A DNA stretch of 64,000 bases, from NCBI GenBank assembly GCA_030390025.1, contig CM059431.1, positions 110,982,001-111,046,000 of the forward strand, given 5' to 3'. The notes under the pieces were generated by a model, which did no database searches, was not told the origin of the DNA, and worked only from the letters and a program-made list of their open reading frames with translations. Within the stretch, counting starts at the first letter, position 1; every line of letters starts with the position of its first letter. This DNA comes from Squalus acanthias (lineage: Eukaryota). This document shows positions 1 to 11,893 of the stretch, one piece after another. The translations under genes were made by a program, and so were the position numbers.

Positions 1-247
1 GGGAGTTCGGGGAGGGAGGTGTTCCTTTCTTTTTCCATCTTTGTCAGCTTCCAGGAGAGCAAGAGCTAAAAAGCTGCACAAGAGGGGACAGAGAATCAGC
101 GGTGAGTATTTCTACAGTATTTCTACATTCTAGTCATTAAAGTAAAAGTAAGGTCTCTCGTTTGGAGTAAGTAGTGTTTAAAGGGAAGTAAGGTCCCGAG
201 TGTATTTAATATTCTTTAATTTAAAGGGAGTAAATTAAGGGTAGGAC

Positions 248-1198
248 ATGGCAGGGCAGCTCAGCAACGTGGAGTGCTCCTCCTGTGCTATGTTGGAAGT
301 CAGGGACACTTTAGGTGTCCAGGGCGAACACATGTGCAGGAAGTGTCTCCAGCTGCAGCTACTCAAAATCTGCGTTTCGGAGCTGGAGCTGCGGTTGGAG
401 TCACTGTGGAGCATCCGCGAAGCTGAGATCTTCGTGGATAGCACGTTTAACAAGGTGGTCACACCACAGGTAAAGCGTGCACAGGCAGACAGGGAATGGG
501 TGACCACCAGACAGAGTAAAAGAACTAGGAAGGTAGTGCAGAAGTCCCCAGGGTCCATCTCCCTCTCCGACAGATTTTCCGTTTTGGATACTGATGGGGG
601 AGAGGGTTTCTCAGGGGAATGCAGCAAGAGCCAAGTCCGTGGCACTACGACTGGCTCAGCTGCACAGGAGGGGAGGAAAAAGAGTGGGAGAGCAATAGTG
701 ATAGGGGATTCTATCGTAAGGGGAACAGATAGACGTTTCTGTGGCCGCAGAGGTGACTCCAGGATGCTATGTTGCCTCCCTGGTGCCAGGGTCAATGATG
801 TCACTGAACGGCTGCAGGGCATTCTGAAGGGGGAGGGCGAACAGTCAGAGGTCGTGGTTCACATTGGTACCAACTACATGGGTAGAAAGAGGGATGAGGT
901 CCTGCAACAAGAATTTAGGGAGCTAGGTAGCAGATTAAAAAGCAGGACCTCAAAGGTTGTAATCTCTGGATTACTCCCGGTGCCACATGCTAGTGAGTAT
1001 AGGAATAGGAGGATAGAGCAGATGAATGCGTGGCTAAAGAGTTGGTGCAGGAGGGAGGGCTTTAGTTTCCTGGATCACTGGGTCTGCTTCTGGGGAAGGT
1101 GGGACCTGTACAAGTCGGACAGGTTGCACCTGAACCGGAACGGGACCAACATCCTTGCGGGGAGGTTTGCTAGTACTGTTGGGGGGGGTTTAAACTAA
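248..1198 (+). CDS. CR1 ORF1 protein, intact 316 aa (zinc finger/leucine zipper + SGNH/GDSL esterase domain)
   Basis: CxxC..CxxC (CSSC, CRKC), heptad Leu stretch (LELRLESL), esterase motifs IGDS, PGA, HIGTN, DxLHLN. Confidence 0.9.
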   Translation: MAGQLSNVECSSCAMLEVRDTLGVQGEHMCRKCLQLQLLKICVSELELRLESLWSIREAEIFVDSTFNKVVTPQVKRAQADREWVTTRQSKRTRKVVQKSPGSISLSDRFSVLDTDGGEGFSGECSKSQVRGTTTGSAAQEGRKKSGRAIVIGDSIVRGTDRRFCGRRGDSRMLCCLPGARVNDVTERLQGILKGEGEQSEVVVHIGTNYMGRKRDEVLQQEFRELGSRLKSRTSKVVISGLLPVPHASEYRNRRIEQMNAWLKSWCRREGFSFLDHWVCFWGRWDLYKSDRLHLNRNGTNILAGRFASTVGGGLN

Positions 1199-4126
1199 CT
1201 TGGCAGGGGGATGGGATACGGAGTGGAGCTATAGTAGGGGATGATGCACAGCCAAATATAGAGGAAAAAACAAGTCAGCCTGGAAGGCAGAGCAAATATG
1301 TAATGGCACAAAGGAGTATGGCAAGGCTGGATGGCATTTATTTTAATGCAAGGAGTCTTGCGAGTAAGGCAGATGAATTGAAGGTGTTGATGAACACATG
1401 GGAGTATGATAATGTTGCTATCACAGAGACATGGTTGAGGGAGGGGCAGGACTGGCAGCTCAATATTCCGGGGTATAGAATCTTCAGGCGAGACAGAGGG
1501 GAGTGTAAAAGAGGAGGGGGTGTCGCAATATTAATCAAGGAGTCAATTACTGCTGTAAGGAGGGATGATATCTTAGCAGGTTCCTCTAATGTGGCCATGT
1601 GGGTAGAACTTATAAACAAAAAGGGGGCAAGCACTTTGCTGGGAGTATACTATAGGCCCCCAAACAGTCAGGGGGAGATAGAGGAATAGATATGTAGGCA
1701 AATCTCAGAGAGGTGTAGAAATAATAGGGTAATAATAGTAGGGGATTTCAACTTCCCCAATATGAACTGGGATAGTCAGAATGTGAAAGGCTTAGAGGGT
1801 GCAAAATTCTTAAAGTGCATCCAGGAGAGCTTTTTGAGCCAGCATGTAGAAAGTCCTACAAGAGAGGGGTCGGTACTGGATCTAATTCTAGGGAATGTAG
1901 CCAGGCAAGTGGTAGAAGTGTTAGTAGGAGAGCATTTTGGTGACAGTGACCATAATTCGGTGAGATTTAAGGTAGTCATGGAAAAGGACAAAGATGGACC
2001 GGAGATAAAGGTTCTAAATTGGGGGAAGGCCGATTTTAATATGATAAGGCAGGATCTGGCCAAAGTGGACTGGGATCAGCTACTTGTAGGAAAATCCACA
2101 TCAGAGCAGTGGGAATCTTTCAGAAAGGAAATAGAGTATAACGGCAACATGTTCCCATAAAGGTCAAGGGTGGGACCAACAAGCCCAGGGAACCCTGGAT
2201 GTCAAGGGATATACGAGAATGGATTAGGAAAAAAAGGGAGGCTTTTGGCAGATACAAAGGACTAAAAACAGTGGAAGCCCTAGAAGACTATAGAAAGTGC
2301 AGGGGAGTACTTAAAAAAGAAATTAGGAGAGCGAAGAGGGGGCATGAAATGACACTGGCGGGCAAAATAAAGGAAAATCCCAAGGTGTTTTATAAGTATA
2401 TTAAGGGCAAGAGGATAACCAGGGAAAGAGTAGGGCCCATTAGGGACCAAAGTGGCAATCTGTGTGTAGAGCCAGAAGATGTAGGTGGGGTTTTAAATGA
2501 ATATTTTGCATCTGTGTTCACAATGGAGAGGATGATGTAGGCATAGAGATCAGGCAGGGGGATTGTGATATACTTGAACAAATTAGTATTGAGAGGGAGG
2601 AGGTACTAGCGGTTTTAGCAGGCTTAAAAGTGGATAAATCCCCAGTCCCAGACGAGATGTATCCCAGGCTGCTGTGTGAGGCAGGGGAGGAGATTGCAGG
2701 GGCTCTGACACAAATTTTCAGAACCTCTCTGGCCACAGGGGAGGTGCCAGAGGACTGGAGAACAGCTAACGTAGTACCATTATTCAAGAAGGGTAGTAGG
2801 GATAAACCAGGGAATTACAGGCCAGTGAGCCTAACATCAGTGGTAGGGAAATTATTGGAAAAAATTCTGCGGGACAGAATTAGTCTCCACTTGGAGAGGC
2901 AAGGATTAATCAAGGATAGTCAGCATGGCTTTGTCAGGGGGAGATCATGTCTGACCAATTTGATTGAATTTTTTGAGGGGGTGACTAGGTGTGTGGATGA
3001 GGGTAGTGCAATTGATGTGGTCTACATGGACTTCAGTAAGGCTTTTGACAAAGTCCCGCATGAAAGACTGGTCAAGAAGATAAAAGCCCATGGGATCCAG
3101 GGCAATTTGGCATATTGGATCCAAAATTGGCTTAGTGGCAGGAGGCAGAGGGTGATGGTCGAAGGTTGTTTTTGTGACTGGAAGCCTGTGTCCAGTGGTG
3201 TACCGCAGGGATCGGTGCTGGGTCCTTTGCTGTTTGTAGTGTACATTAATGATTTAGATATGAATGTAGGAGGTATGATCAGTAAGTTTGCAGATGACAC
3301 GAAAATTGGTGGGGTGGTAAATAGCGTGGAGGGAAGCCTTAGGCTACAGGACGATATAGACGGGTTGGTCAGATGGGCAGAACAGTGGCAAATGGAGTTT
3401 AACCCTGAAAAGCGTGAGGTGATGCATTTTGGGAGGACTAACAAGGCAAGGGAATACACAATGAATGGTAGGACCCTAGGAAGGACAGAGGATCAGAGGG
3501 ACCTTGGTGTGCATGTACATAGATCCCTGAAGGCAGCAGGACAGGTAGATAAGGTAGTTAAAAAGGCATATGGGATTCTTGCCTTCATTAGCCGAGGCAT
3601 AGAATATAAGAGCAGGGAGGTTATGATGGAGCTGTACAAAATGCTAGTTCGGTCACAGCTGGAATACTGTGTGCAGTTCTGGTCGCCACACTATAGGAAG
3701 GATGTGATTGCATTGGAGAGGGTGCAGAGGAGATTCACCAGGATGTTACCTGGGCTGCAGCGCTTCAGCTATGAAGAGAGACTGGACAGGCTGGGATTGT
3801 TTTCCTTAGAGCAGAGAAGGCTGAGGGGGGACCTGATTGAGGTGTACAAAATTATGAGGGGCATAGATAGGGTAGATAGAAAGGAACTTTTCCCCTTAGT
3901 AGAGGGGTCAATAACCAAGGGGCATAGTTTCAAGGTAAGGGGCAGGAGGTTTAGAGGGGATTTGAGGAAAAACTTTTTCACCCAGAGGGTGGTTGGAATC
4001 TGGAACTCACTGCCTGAAAGGGTGGTAGAGGCAGGAACCCTCACAACATTCAAGAAGCATTTAGATGAGCACTTGAAACGCCATAGCATACAAGGCCAAG
4101 GACCAAGTGCTGGAAAATGGGATTAA
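1195..4126 (+). pseudogene. CR1 ORF2 (APE endonuclease + reverse transcriptase), disrupted
   Basis: Endonuclease motifs FNARS, ITETW, GDFN, SDHN and RT motifs [28 protein letters not shown]. In-frame TAG at 1687-1689 and frameshifts near 2135 and 2535. Confidence 0.92.
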
Positions 4127-4221
4127 AATAGACAGGGCTTGATGGCCGGCGCGGACACGATGGGCCGAAGGGCCTCTTTCTGTGCTGTATAACTCTATGA
4201 CTCTATGACTGTATGACTCTA

Positions 4222-5453
4222 TGTAACCTTCCAGATATTATGATGGTCCGGAAAACCCCCCAGAATTCTGCAACTCCTTACAAAAGATTGTACAGAAATT
4301 GAGTTTGCGAGGTTGATACAAAAATACTCTGTGAGACAATTCTAAAAATATATAGATTTATTAAAGAACCGATATTCAGCTAACAGCTGTTGATTCAATC
4401 GCAACTTTAACATTTCAAAATACAAATAGCTTATATTTCTTATCAGAGATCCTTATTCTCAAATCTTAACTTCGTTACATTTCCACTCTTCTAGTTATTC
4501 TTAATCCAGAATATCCACCAAAATCAAATACCTTGATTACCCGAGACTCAAAGAGTTGTAGGCCTACAGAGTGGTTCTGAAGGCGAGAATCGCCCTGCCC
4601 CTTCCAGCGACTTCTGACTTTCCATCTGAAAAGCTCTATTTTTATACCTTTTTTTAGTGGTTTATTCTTTGAAGTTTTCTGCTGATGTAAGCTAATTATC
4701 TCTAGTGATACTTCTGTTGACTTCTTTCTATTCTTACTGTTAATTCAGCTGTTAGCTTGCAGAATTCTGTCTGCTGTATAGGTGTTTCAAAAACTTATCA
4801 TAAAATGGTTATTACAGATTTATCTCTTTGATGCCATTCTTTCGAAGGTCTTCAATTCAATTCTTAATATTAGCTTAACTGCTTGTATTACAGACTTCTC
4901 GTCTCCTTGTGTTCCAAGTTCAACACATAAACAATGTGATTGCTTGGTACATCTATTGATGTAATATTTTCAAAGTCTTCTGTAGGTATCTTTTACAACA
5001 TGTAAATTAAAAACACTTCATCTCGGGTGTTTGTTTTCCTAGCCATCTTAGTTGGTTATATATATAATCGTGTTTCCTGTTTTATTTGATGTTACTTTTA
5101 CAAAGGCACATGGTTTTTTAATGTTCTGTGTTCCTGTTCGAAGTGTTATTTTATAACACTTAACTTGTGCATTGCTATTGTGTTGGTTCCAAACTGCAGA
5201 CTCCTTGGAACCTACAACCCTCTGTTTCAATGAGGCCATTGTCTTAGTATTTACAACCATTTCCCATTTCAAAGCTTGTGTGGTGTTGACAACTTTTGTT
5301 AACAACTGATCTTATCTCAGAAGCCTGTGTTCTGTTTGCAGCCTGTGTCGTTGAGGCTTTTAGATTTTTAAACCCAGTTTTTCATGTTTTAATAAAGTCT
5401 GAATTCTGTTCATAGGATGGTGTATCTCTTGGAATATGGCTATTTCCTTTACA
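4222..5453 (-). mobile_element. Solo-LTR-like element (~1.23 kb)
   Basis: TGTAA...TTACA termini. On the minus strand TATAAA (4646-4641) precedes AATAAA (4362-4357) in U3-R-U5 order. No TSD is visible because the left end abuts a LINE tail. Confidence 0.5.
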
Positions 5454-7406
5454 AGAAGACACTGACAACATCCCAATAATGGATAATCAAGGGACCACAG
5501 GGAGGGGGGAACTAAAGACAACCTAGAAGTAAAGGGTATCAGGGGTTACGGGGAGCGGGCTGGAAATTGGACATGAGTTTGAGTTCGGATCGGTCAAGGC
5601 CCTGTGGGTGGCGGAGCGGGCCCAGGGGCCGAGTGGCCTGGTCCTGCTCCTACTTGTGTTCTTTAGAGTTGAGGTTGGATCAGATCAGCCATGATCTCAT
5701 TGAATGGCGGAGCAGGCTCGAGGGGCCGATTGGTCTACTCCTGCTCCTATTTCTTATGTTCTTATGTTCTTCTGTTCTTATGTAATCACTATCACTAAGG
5801 AAATAGTACTTGGTAAAATAATGGGACTAAATGATGACAAGTCCCCTGGGCCAGATGGCCTGCATCCCAGGGTCTTAAAAGAAGTGGCTGCAGAGATAGT
5901 GGATGCATTGGTTGCAATATACCAAAATTCCCTCGACTCTGGAGAGGTCCCAGCGGATTGGAAAACCGCAAAAGGAGGGAGACAAAAAGCAGGAAACTAT
6001 AGACCAGTTAGCCTAACATCTATCGTTGGGAAAATGCTGGAGTCCTTCATTAAGGAAGCAGTAGCAGGGCATTTGGAAAATCATAATGCAATCAAGCAGA
6101 GTCAGCATGGTTTTATGAAAGGGAAATCATGTTTAACAAATTTGCTGGAGTTCTTTGAGGAGGTAACGAGCAGGGTGGACAAAGAGGAACCAGTGGATGT
6201 GGTGTATTTGGATTTCCAGAAGGCATTCGATAAGGTGCCAGAAAAAAGGTTACTGCATAAGATAAGAGCTCACGGAATTGGGGGTAATATATTAGCATGG
6301 ATAGAGAATTGGCTAACTAACAGAAAGCAGCGAGTCGGGATAAATGGGTCATTTTCCGGTTGGCAAAAGGTAACTAGTGGGCTGCCACAGGGATCGGTGC
6401 TCGGGCCTCAACTATTTACAATCTACATTAATGACTTGGATGAAGGAACTGAGTGTAATGTAGCCAAGTTTGCGGATGATACAAAGATGGATGGGAAAGC
6501 AAGTTGTGCAGAGGACTCAAAGAACCTGCAAAGGGATATAGACAGACTAAGTGAGTGGGCAAACATTTGGCAGATGGAGTATAATGTGGGAAAGTGCGAG
6601 GTTATACACTTTGGCAGGAAAAATAAAAAAGCAAATTATTATTTAAATGGAGAGAGATTACAAAATGCTACAGTTCAGAGGGAACTGGGGGTCCTTGTGC
6701 ATGAAACACAAAAAGTTAGCATGCAGATACAGCAAGTAATCAAAAAGGCAAATGGAATGTTGGCCTTTATTTCAAAGGGGTTGGAGTATAAAAGCAGGGA
6801 AGTCCTGCTACAACTGTACAGGGTATTGGTGAGACCACACCTTGAGTACTGTGTACAGTTTTGGTCTCCTTATTTAAGGAAGGATATACTTGCATTGGAG
6901 GCAGTTCAGAGACGATTCACTAGGTTAATTCCAGAGATGAGGGGATTGACTTATGAGGAAAGGTTGAGCAGGCTGGGCCTGTACTCACTGGAATTTAGAA
7001 GAATGAGAGTTGATCTTATTGAAACATATAAGATACTGAGGGGGCTCGACAAGGTAGATGCAGAGAGGATGTTTCCCCTCGTGGGGAAATCTAGAACGCG
7101 GGGGCACAGTTTTAGAATAAAGGGTCGCCCTTTTAGAACTGAGATGAGGAGGAATTTCTTCTCTCAGAGGGTCATTAATCTGTGGAATTCTCTGCCCCAG
7201 AGAGCTGTGGAGGCTGGGTCATTAAATACATTTAAGGTGGAGATAGACAGATTTTTGCAAGATAAGGGAGTGAAGGGTTATGGGGAGTGGCCGGGGAAGT
7301 GGCTTTGAGCCCAAGATCAGCCATGATCTTATTGAATGGTGGAGCAGGCTCGAGGGGCCAAGTGGCCTATTCCTGCTCCTATTTCTTATGTTCTTATGTT
7401 CTTATG
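5454..7406 (+). mobile_element. 5'-truncated CR1 LINE (RT to 3' tail)
   Basis: RT reading frame within ORF 5704-7308 (true RT from ~5784; [13 protein letters not shown]). 3' UTR with (TTCTTATG)n tail. Confidence 0.92.
5523..5783 (+). mobile_element. Short CR1 3'-end fragment or CR1-tailed SINE with a duplicated tail, nested in the CR1 above
   Basis: Splits host ORF2 between 'actaaagaca' and 'atcactatcact'. Contains two tandem diverged copies of the 3' UTR and ends in (TTCTTATG)n. Confidence 0.75.
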
Positions 7407-8163
7407 CTGCTCTTGTCCTTCTAGGTGGGAGAGGTCGCGGGTTTGGGAGGTGCTGCCGAAGAAGCCTTGGCGAGTTGCAGCAGTGCATCTTGTAGATGGT
7501 ACACACTGCAGCCACGGTACGCCGGTGGTGGAGGGAGTGAATGTTTAAGGCGGTGAATGGGGTGCCAATCAAGTGGGCAGCTTTGTCCTGGATGGTGTTG
7601 AGCTTCTTGAGTGTTGTTGGAGCTGCACTCATCCAGGCAAGTGGAGAGTATTCCATCACACACCTGACTTGTGCCTTGTAGATGGTGGAAATGCTTTGGG
7701 GAGTCAGGAGGTGAGACACTCGCCGCAGAATACCCAGACTCTGACCTGCTCTTGTTGCCACAGTATTTATGTGGCTGGTCCTGTTAAGTTTCTAGTCAAT
7801 GGTGACCCCCAGGATGTTGATGGTGCGGGATTCGCTGATGGTAATGCCGTTGAATGTCAAGGGGATGTGATTAGACTCTCGCTTGTTGGAGATAGTCATT
7901 TCCTGGCACTTGTGTGGCGTGAATGTTACTTGCCACTTATCACCCCAAGCCTGAATGTTGTCCAGGTCTTGCTGCATGCAGGCATGGACTGCTTGATTAA
8001 CTGAGGAGTTGCGAATGGCACTGAACATTGTGCAGTCATCAGCGAACATCCCCACTTCTGACTTTATGATCGAGGGAAGGTCATGGATGAAGCAGCTGAA
8101 GATGGTTGGGCCGAGGACACTGCCCTGAGGAACTCCTGCAGTGATGTCCTGGGGCTGTGATTG
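7404..8163 (-). mobile_element. Non-LTR retrotransposon RT fragment (CR1/L2 group, a different family from the HER1-like CR1s)
   Basis: Minus-strand PQGSVLGP, MFADDCT, ILGVTID, YKAQVR..MEYS. Confidence 0.85.
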
Positions 8164-8729
8164 CTGACGCTAGACATGTATTCACCCGTAGCCAAACAGT
8201 ACCAGCCATATGATGGATGGAATCTGGAATTCACAACCTGTGCTCCATATTATCTCTGACTCCCCACTATACAGTATAACGATTTCATGACTGACAGAGT
8301 GAAGCTTGTGGAATGTCGAAGTAAACCAACATCATGTTCAATCCAGTTCAGCAAATGTCCTGTTTTAATACCTCAAAACTGCAGTTTCTGCTGTAGCTAT
8401 TTCTTGATTTCAACCCCAGACATGGGAGTGATAATGCTCCAAAGTGCTGGCTCCATCGACATCACTTACCTCACTGCACCTGTGACTTTGTAATAAAGTC
8501 TGATCTTCTGTTTAAAAATGTGCGAGGTTAGGTCCTGACCATGTCTCAGCAGGGGGAAAAAAAATTTCAGCTTTAGTCCAGTATTTATCCTTGGAAAACA
8601 TTTCAGTGAACCAATAATATATTTGTGTCACTTTTACTCTTGAAGTCAACAGCTGAATCTTTCAGGTAACTGTATTATGAACTGCTCCAGTAATAGATAG
8701 ATCCAGAGCAATTATACTGAGGTAAGTTA

Positions 8730-8917
8730 AAAGTGGTAGAGGCTGTATCATTATTTAAAATGGAACTAGATATTAATTGAAAAAGAATAATAGAAAAGCA
8801 ATATGAAAGCGATTGGAAAAGAGAATGGAAGTGGGACTACAGTAAGTAGCTCCAGCACTGAATGGGTGTGCTGGGCTGAACGCCCTCCTTCTGTGTTGTA
8901 ATCTCTATAATTCTATG
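8730..8917 (+). mobile_element. Old CR1 3' end fragment
   Basis: gggctgaacgccctccttctgtgttgtaatctctataattctatg tail motif. Confidence 0.55.
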
Positions 8918-9144
8918 AAACTTGTTGCCTATAATTATATTTGATGATGCAATGTTTCATGTTTCATTTTATATGCCATTCATTTTATTTATACTGTGGT
9001 GTCCAAATTGCCTTGTAGCTCGATATTTTACATTGGAGATGAGACATGGAAAAGTACCACTTTGACAGTAGGTAGCTCTTTGTATTTAAAAAACATAAGA
9101 GACCCCAGCGCATAAGAAAATGTTTCCTGCACAATACTCTTTAT

Positions 9145-9379
9145 GGGCGATTTTAACTCACCCCATCTGGTGCGGCGGGCGGTTAAAGTCATTGTAGAGA
9201 ACTTCGTTGTTCTGTCAGTGACTTCCTCCCTAATTGGCCTGCTGAGCCCGCAAGGCGGGCTTGACAAGCTCAATCAGGGGAAAATCCCTCTGGTTGGTCA
9301 GGCGAGGATGGAGGCGGGACATTGACACGACAAGCAGCAGTCCCGCCTCCAACTCGCCTCCATTCACAAAATCCAGTCC
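9145..9379. mobile_element. Degraded Harbinger-type MITE-like element
   Basis: Starts gggcgattttaac and ends aaaatccagtcc (imperfect TIR); GC-rich ccgcc/ggcggg subterminal motifs. Confidence 0.4.
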
Positions 9380-9389
9380 AATTTCTCCA

Positions 9390-9697
9390 ATGTTCCCCCA
9401 CCTCCAGCCTCCATAAACCTCAACGTGTTCCATATTTAGCTGCCCGTGTCCTGTCCGGCACTGAATGCTGCTCCTTTGGCTTCCTGTTCCCAACACATTT
9501 AAAATCACCTTCCTTATCTTCATATCCCTCCAGAGCCTTGTCCCACCCTATCACTGCAGTTTCCCCCAGCCCTACACACCTTCTTGCACCCTTCGGTCCT
9601 CTAACTCTGGCCTTTTATGCATTCCCTTAACCTCCTCTCATTTATCCTATCATTGTGGGCAGAGCCTTCAGCTGCCTTGGTCCTGCACCTGGAATTT
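9390..9697 (+). mobile_element. L2-like LINE 3' fragment
   Basis: Similar to the L2 copies at 10944-11848 and 32045-32526 (gccttcagctgcc..ctggaatt). Confidence 0.55.
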
Positions 9698-10800
9698 CTG
9701 AGTGGGTTTCTCCCGATCATCCATCATAAATTCAACAGAAGATTGGCAGAAAACCCGCGGAAATGTATTTCTCTGGGGTTTCTGCTGAAGTTACAGCAGA
9801 CAATCAGGAGAACCGCCACGGAGATTCTACTCTCTAATATCTGCAACTTCTTGCCCAAAACCAAACTGCTTCTCTCTCCACCCTTCAAAATATTATTTGT
9901 GCTGGCTACTGATTATAATCACTCTGGCATGCAGTCAGTGCTACCCGTGCTACTCATTGGCTGCACGCCTCTTTGGGGGGCTGGATATCACTTAAAGGCT
10001 ACCGGCATTTCTTAAAGGGGAGTGCACTCTGGCTGCAGAGAACAGAGAAACTCTTCTGAATTGGCCAAATGGCTGCTAGACCTACAGATCGTGCCCCCAG
10101 GTTCACTGATGCTGCCTTGGAGGTCCTAGTCCAGGCAGTATTCTTACTTTGACAACTCTAGTGAGGTCATTGATAGGAGGAGGGACATCCTCTTTACACC
10201 AGGGGGCAGGAAGCCCTCCAGGCATCAACTCCATCGACAGTGGGAAGTGGGGTGACAGAGCAAGTCAATGCCAGGAGCTTAGCTCCCAGGAAATGGCTGC
10301 AATGCCGAAAGAATATCAACAACCTCACTAGAGCTGTCAAGGTAAGAATGCTGCTTTCTTACTCTCTGCTCGCACCTCCACCACCACTAGCCTCACAATA
10401 CTCCCCTCCCCCACTTCCCTCCACTCTCCTATAATCACTGCACCACACTTCACTACACCTCACCACTACTGAAACCCTCACTTCCCCGTACCTCACAACT
10501 TGCACACTGCATACCAGCTATTGCACCATGACAGGCACATTCTCTGAATGCCTCACAAGACTGCCACTAACACACTCCCGGTTGAAGATATGTGCCATCA
10601 GATACAAGGATATCTGCAAGAAGACCTGCAAGGGCACCTGCACTGTCAGTGGCAGTTTAGGTCACCTCCTCCCTCAATGTTTTTGGCACTGCCTCATCAA
10701 GGGTAGCATTGGGGTTATCTGCCTTATCAGCCAATGTACTGCTTACATGAGTATTTAATACATGGTCAGTATTTTCATCTACTTTCCCAATGAATAGTAA
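9698..10800 (+). pseudogene. Harbinger relic with a decayed Myb/SANT exon
   Basis: Near 10070-10341 it reads RAPRFTDAALEVLV...WLQCRKNINNLTRAVK followed by gtaaga, homologous to Myb exon 1 at 57933-58169 with the same splice position. Confidence 0.65.
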
Positions 10801-11893
10801 CAGCAGCATGAAACGCATGCCCATTGTACCCACACTGCTGCATGTCACAGAGTAGAGAGATCATTAATTGTGGGCATATGGTCATCTGGCCATCTAAGGC
10901 TGGTGTTGGTAAGTAACCATGTATCATGCAGGTAGGTGCAGCAGCAACAACAACAACAACTTGCCTTTATATAGCGCCCTTAACATAGTAAAACATCCCT
11001 AGGTGCTTCACAGGAGCATTATCAAACAAAATTTGACACTGAGCCACATAAGGAGCTAATAGAACAGATGACCAAGATCTGGGTCAAAGAGGTAGGTTTT
11101 AAGGAGCATCCTAAAGGAGGAGAGAGAGGTAAAGAGGTGGAGAGGTTTAGGGAGGGAATTCCAGAGCTTAGGGCCTTGGCAGCTGAAGGCACGGCCGCCA
11201 ATGGTGGAGCGATTAAAATCAGGGATGCACAACAGGCCAGAATTGAGGGGCGCAGAGATCTCGGGGGGGTTGTAGGGCTGGACAAGGTTACAGAGATAGT
11301 GAGGGGGCGAGGCCAAGGAGGGATTAGAAAACAAAAATGAGAATTTTGAAATTGAGGCGTTGCTGGACCGGGAGTCAATGTAGGTCAGTGAGCACAGGGG
11401 TGATGGGTGAACGGGACTCGATGCGAGTTAGGATGCGCAGTTTTAGATGAGCTCAAGTTTATGTAGGGTGTAAGAGGGGAGGCCAGCCAGGATAGTGTTG
11501 GAATAGTCTAGTCTACAGGTAACAAAAGAATGGATGAGGGTTTCAGCAGCAGATCAGCTGAGGCAGGGGCGGAGTCAGGCAACAGAGGTGGAAGTAGACG
11601 GTCTTCGTGATGGAGCAGATATGTATTCAGATGCTCATATCAGGGTCAAATATGACACCAAGGTTGTGATCAATCTGATTCAATGTGACAAATCAGAGAC
11701 AGTGGAGGGGCCGAGAGAAGTGGTGGTGAAGTAGAGCTGGGTGTTGTCAGCGTACAGTTGAAAACTGATGTTGTGTTTTCAGATGACGTCGCCGAGGAGC
11801 ATGTTGATGAGAAATAGAAGGGGGCAAAGGATAGATTCTTGGGGGACTTGTAAGACTAGGCCCTTTACGGTATCCCGGTCTGACAGTTACTTA

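Larger units (their letters stand above)
1..4223 (+). mobile_element. CR1-clade LINE (HER1-like), near full length; 5' UTR may extend beyond the window
   Basis: ORF1 (248-1198), then APE endonuclease and RT ORF2 fragments. CR1-type 3' UTR (gggccgaagggcct..tgtgctgta) ends in a (CTCTATGA)n tail at ~4193-4223. Confidence 0.95.

Noticed and set aside
235..4089. Antisense ORFs over CR1 (e.g. 235-822, 3022-3459; likewise 52050-53331, 59039-59626)
   Set aside because: Shadow frames of CR1 coding sequence with no independent motifs.
5704..5783. N-terminus MAEQARGADW.. of the 534-aa ORF
   Set aside because: It derives from the non-coding tail of a nested insertion that happens to be in frame with the RT.
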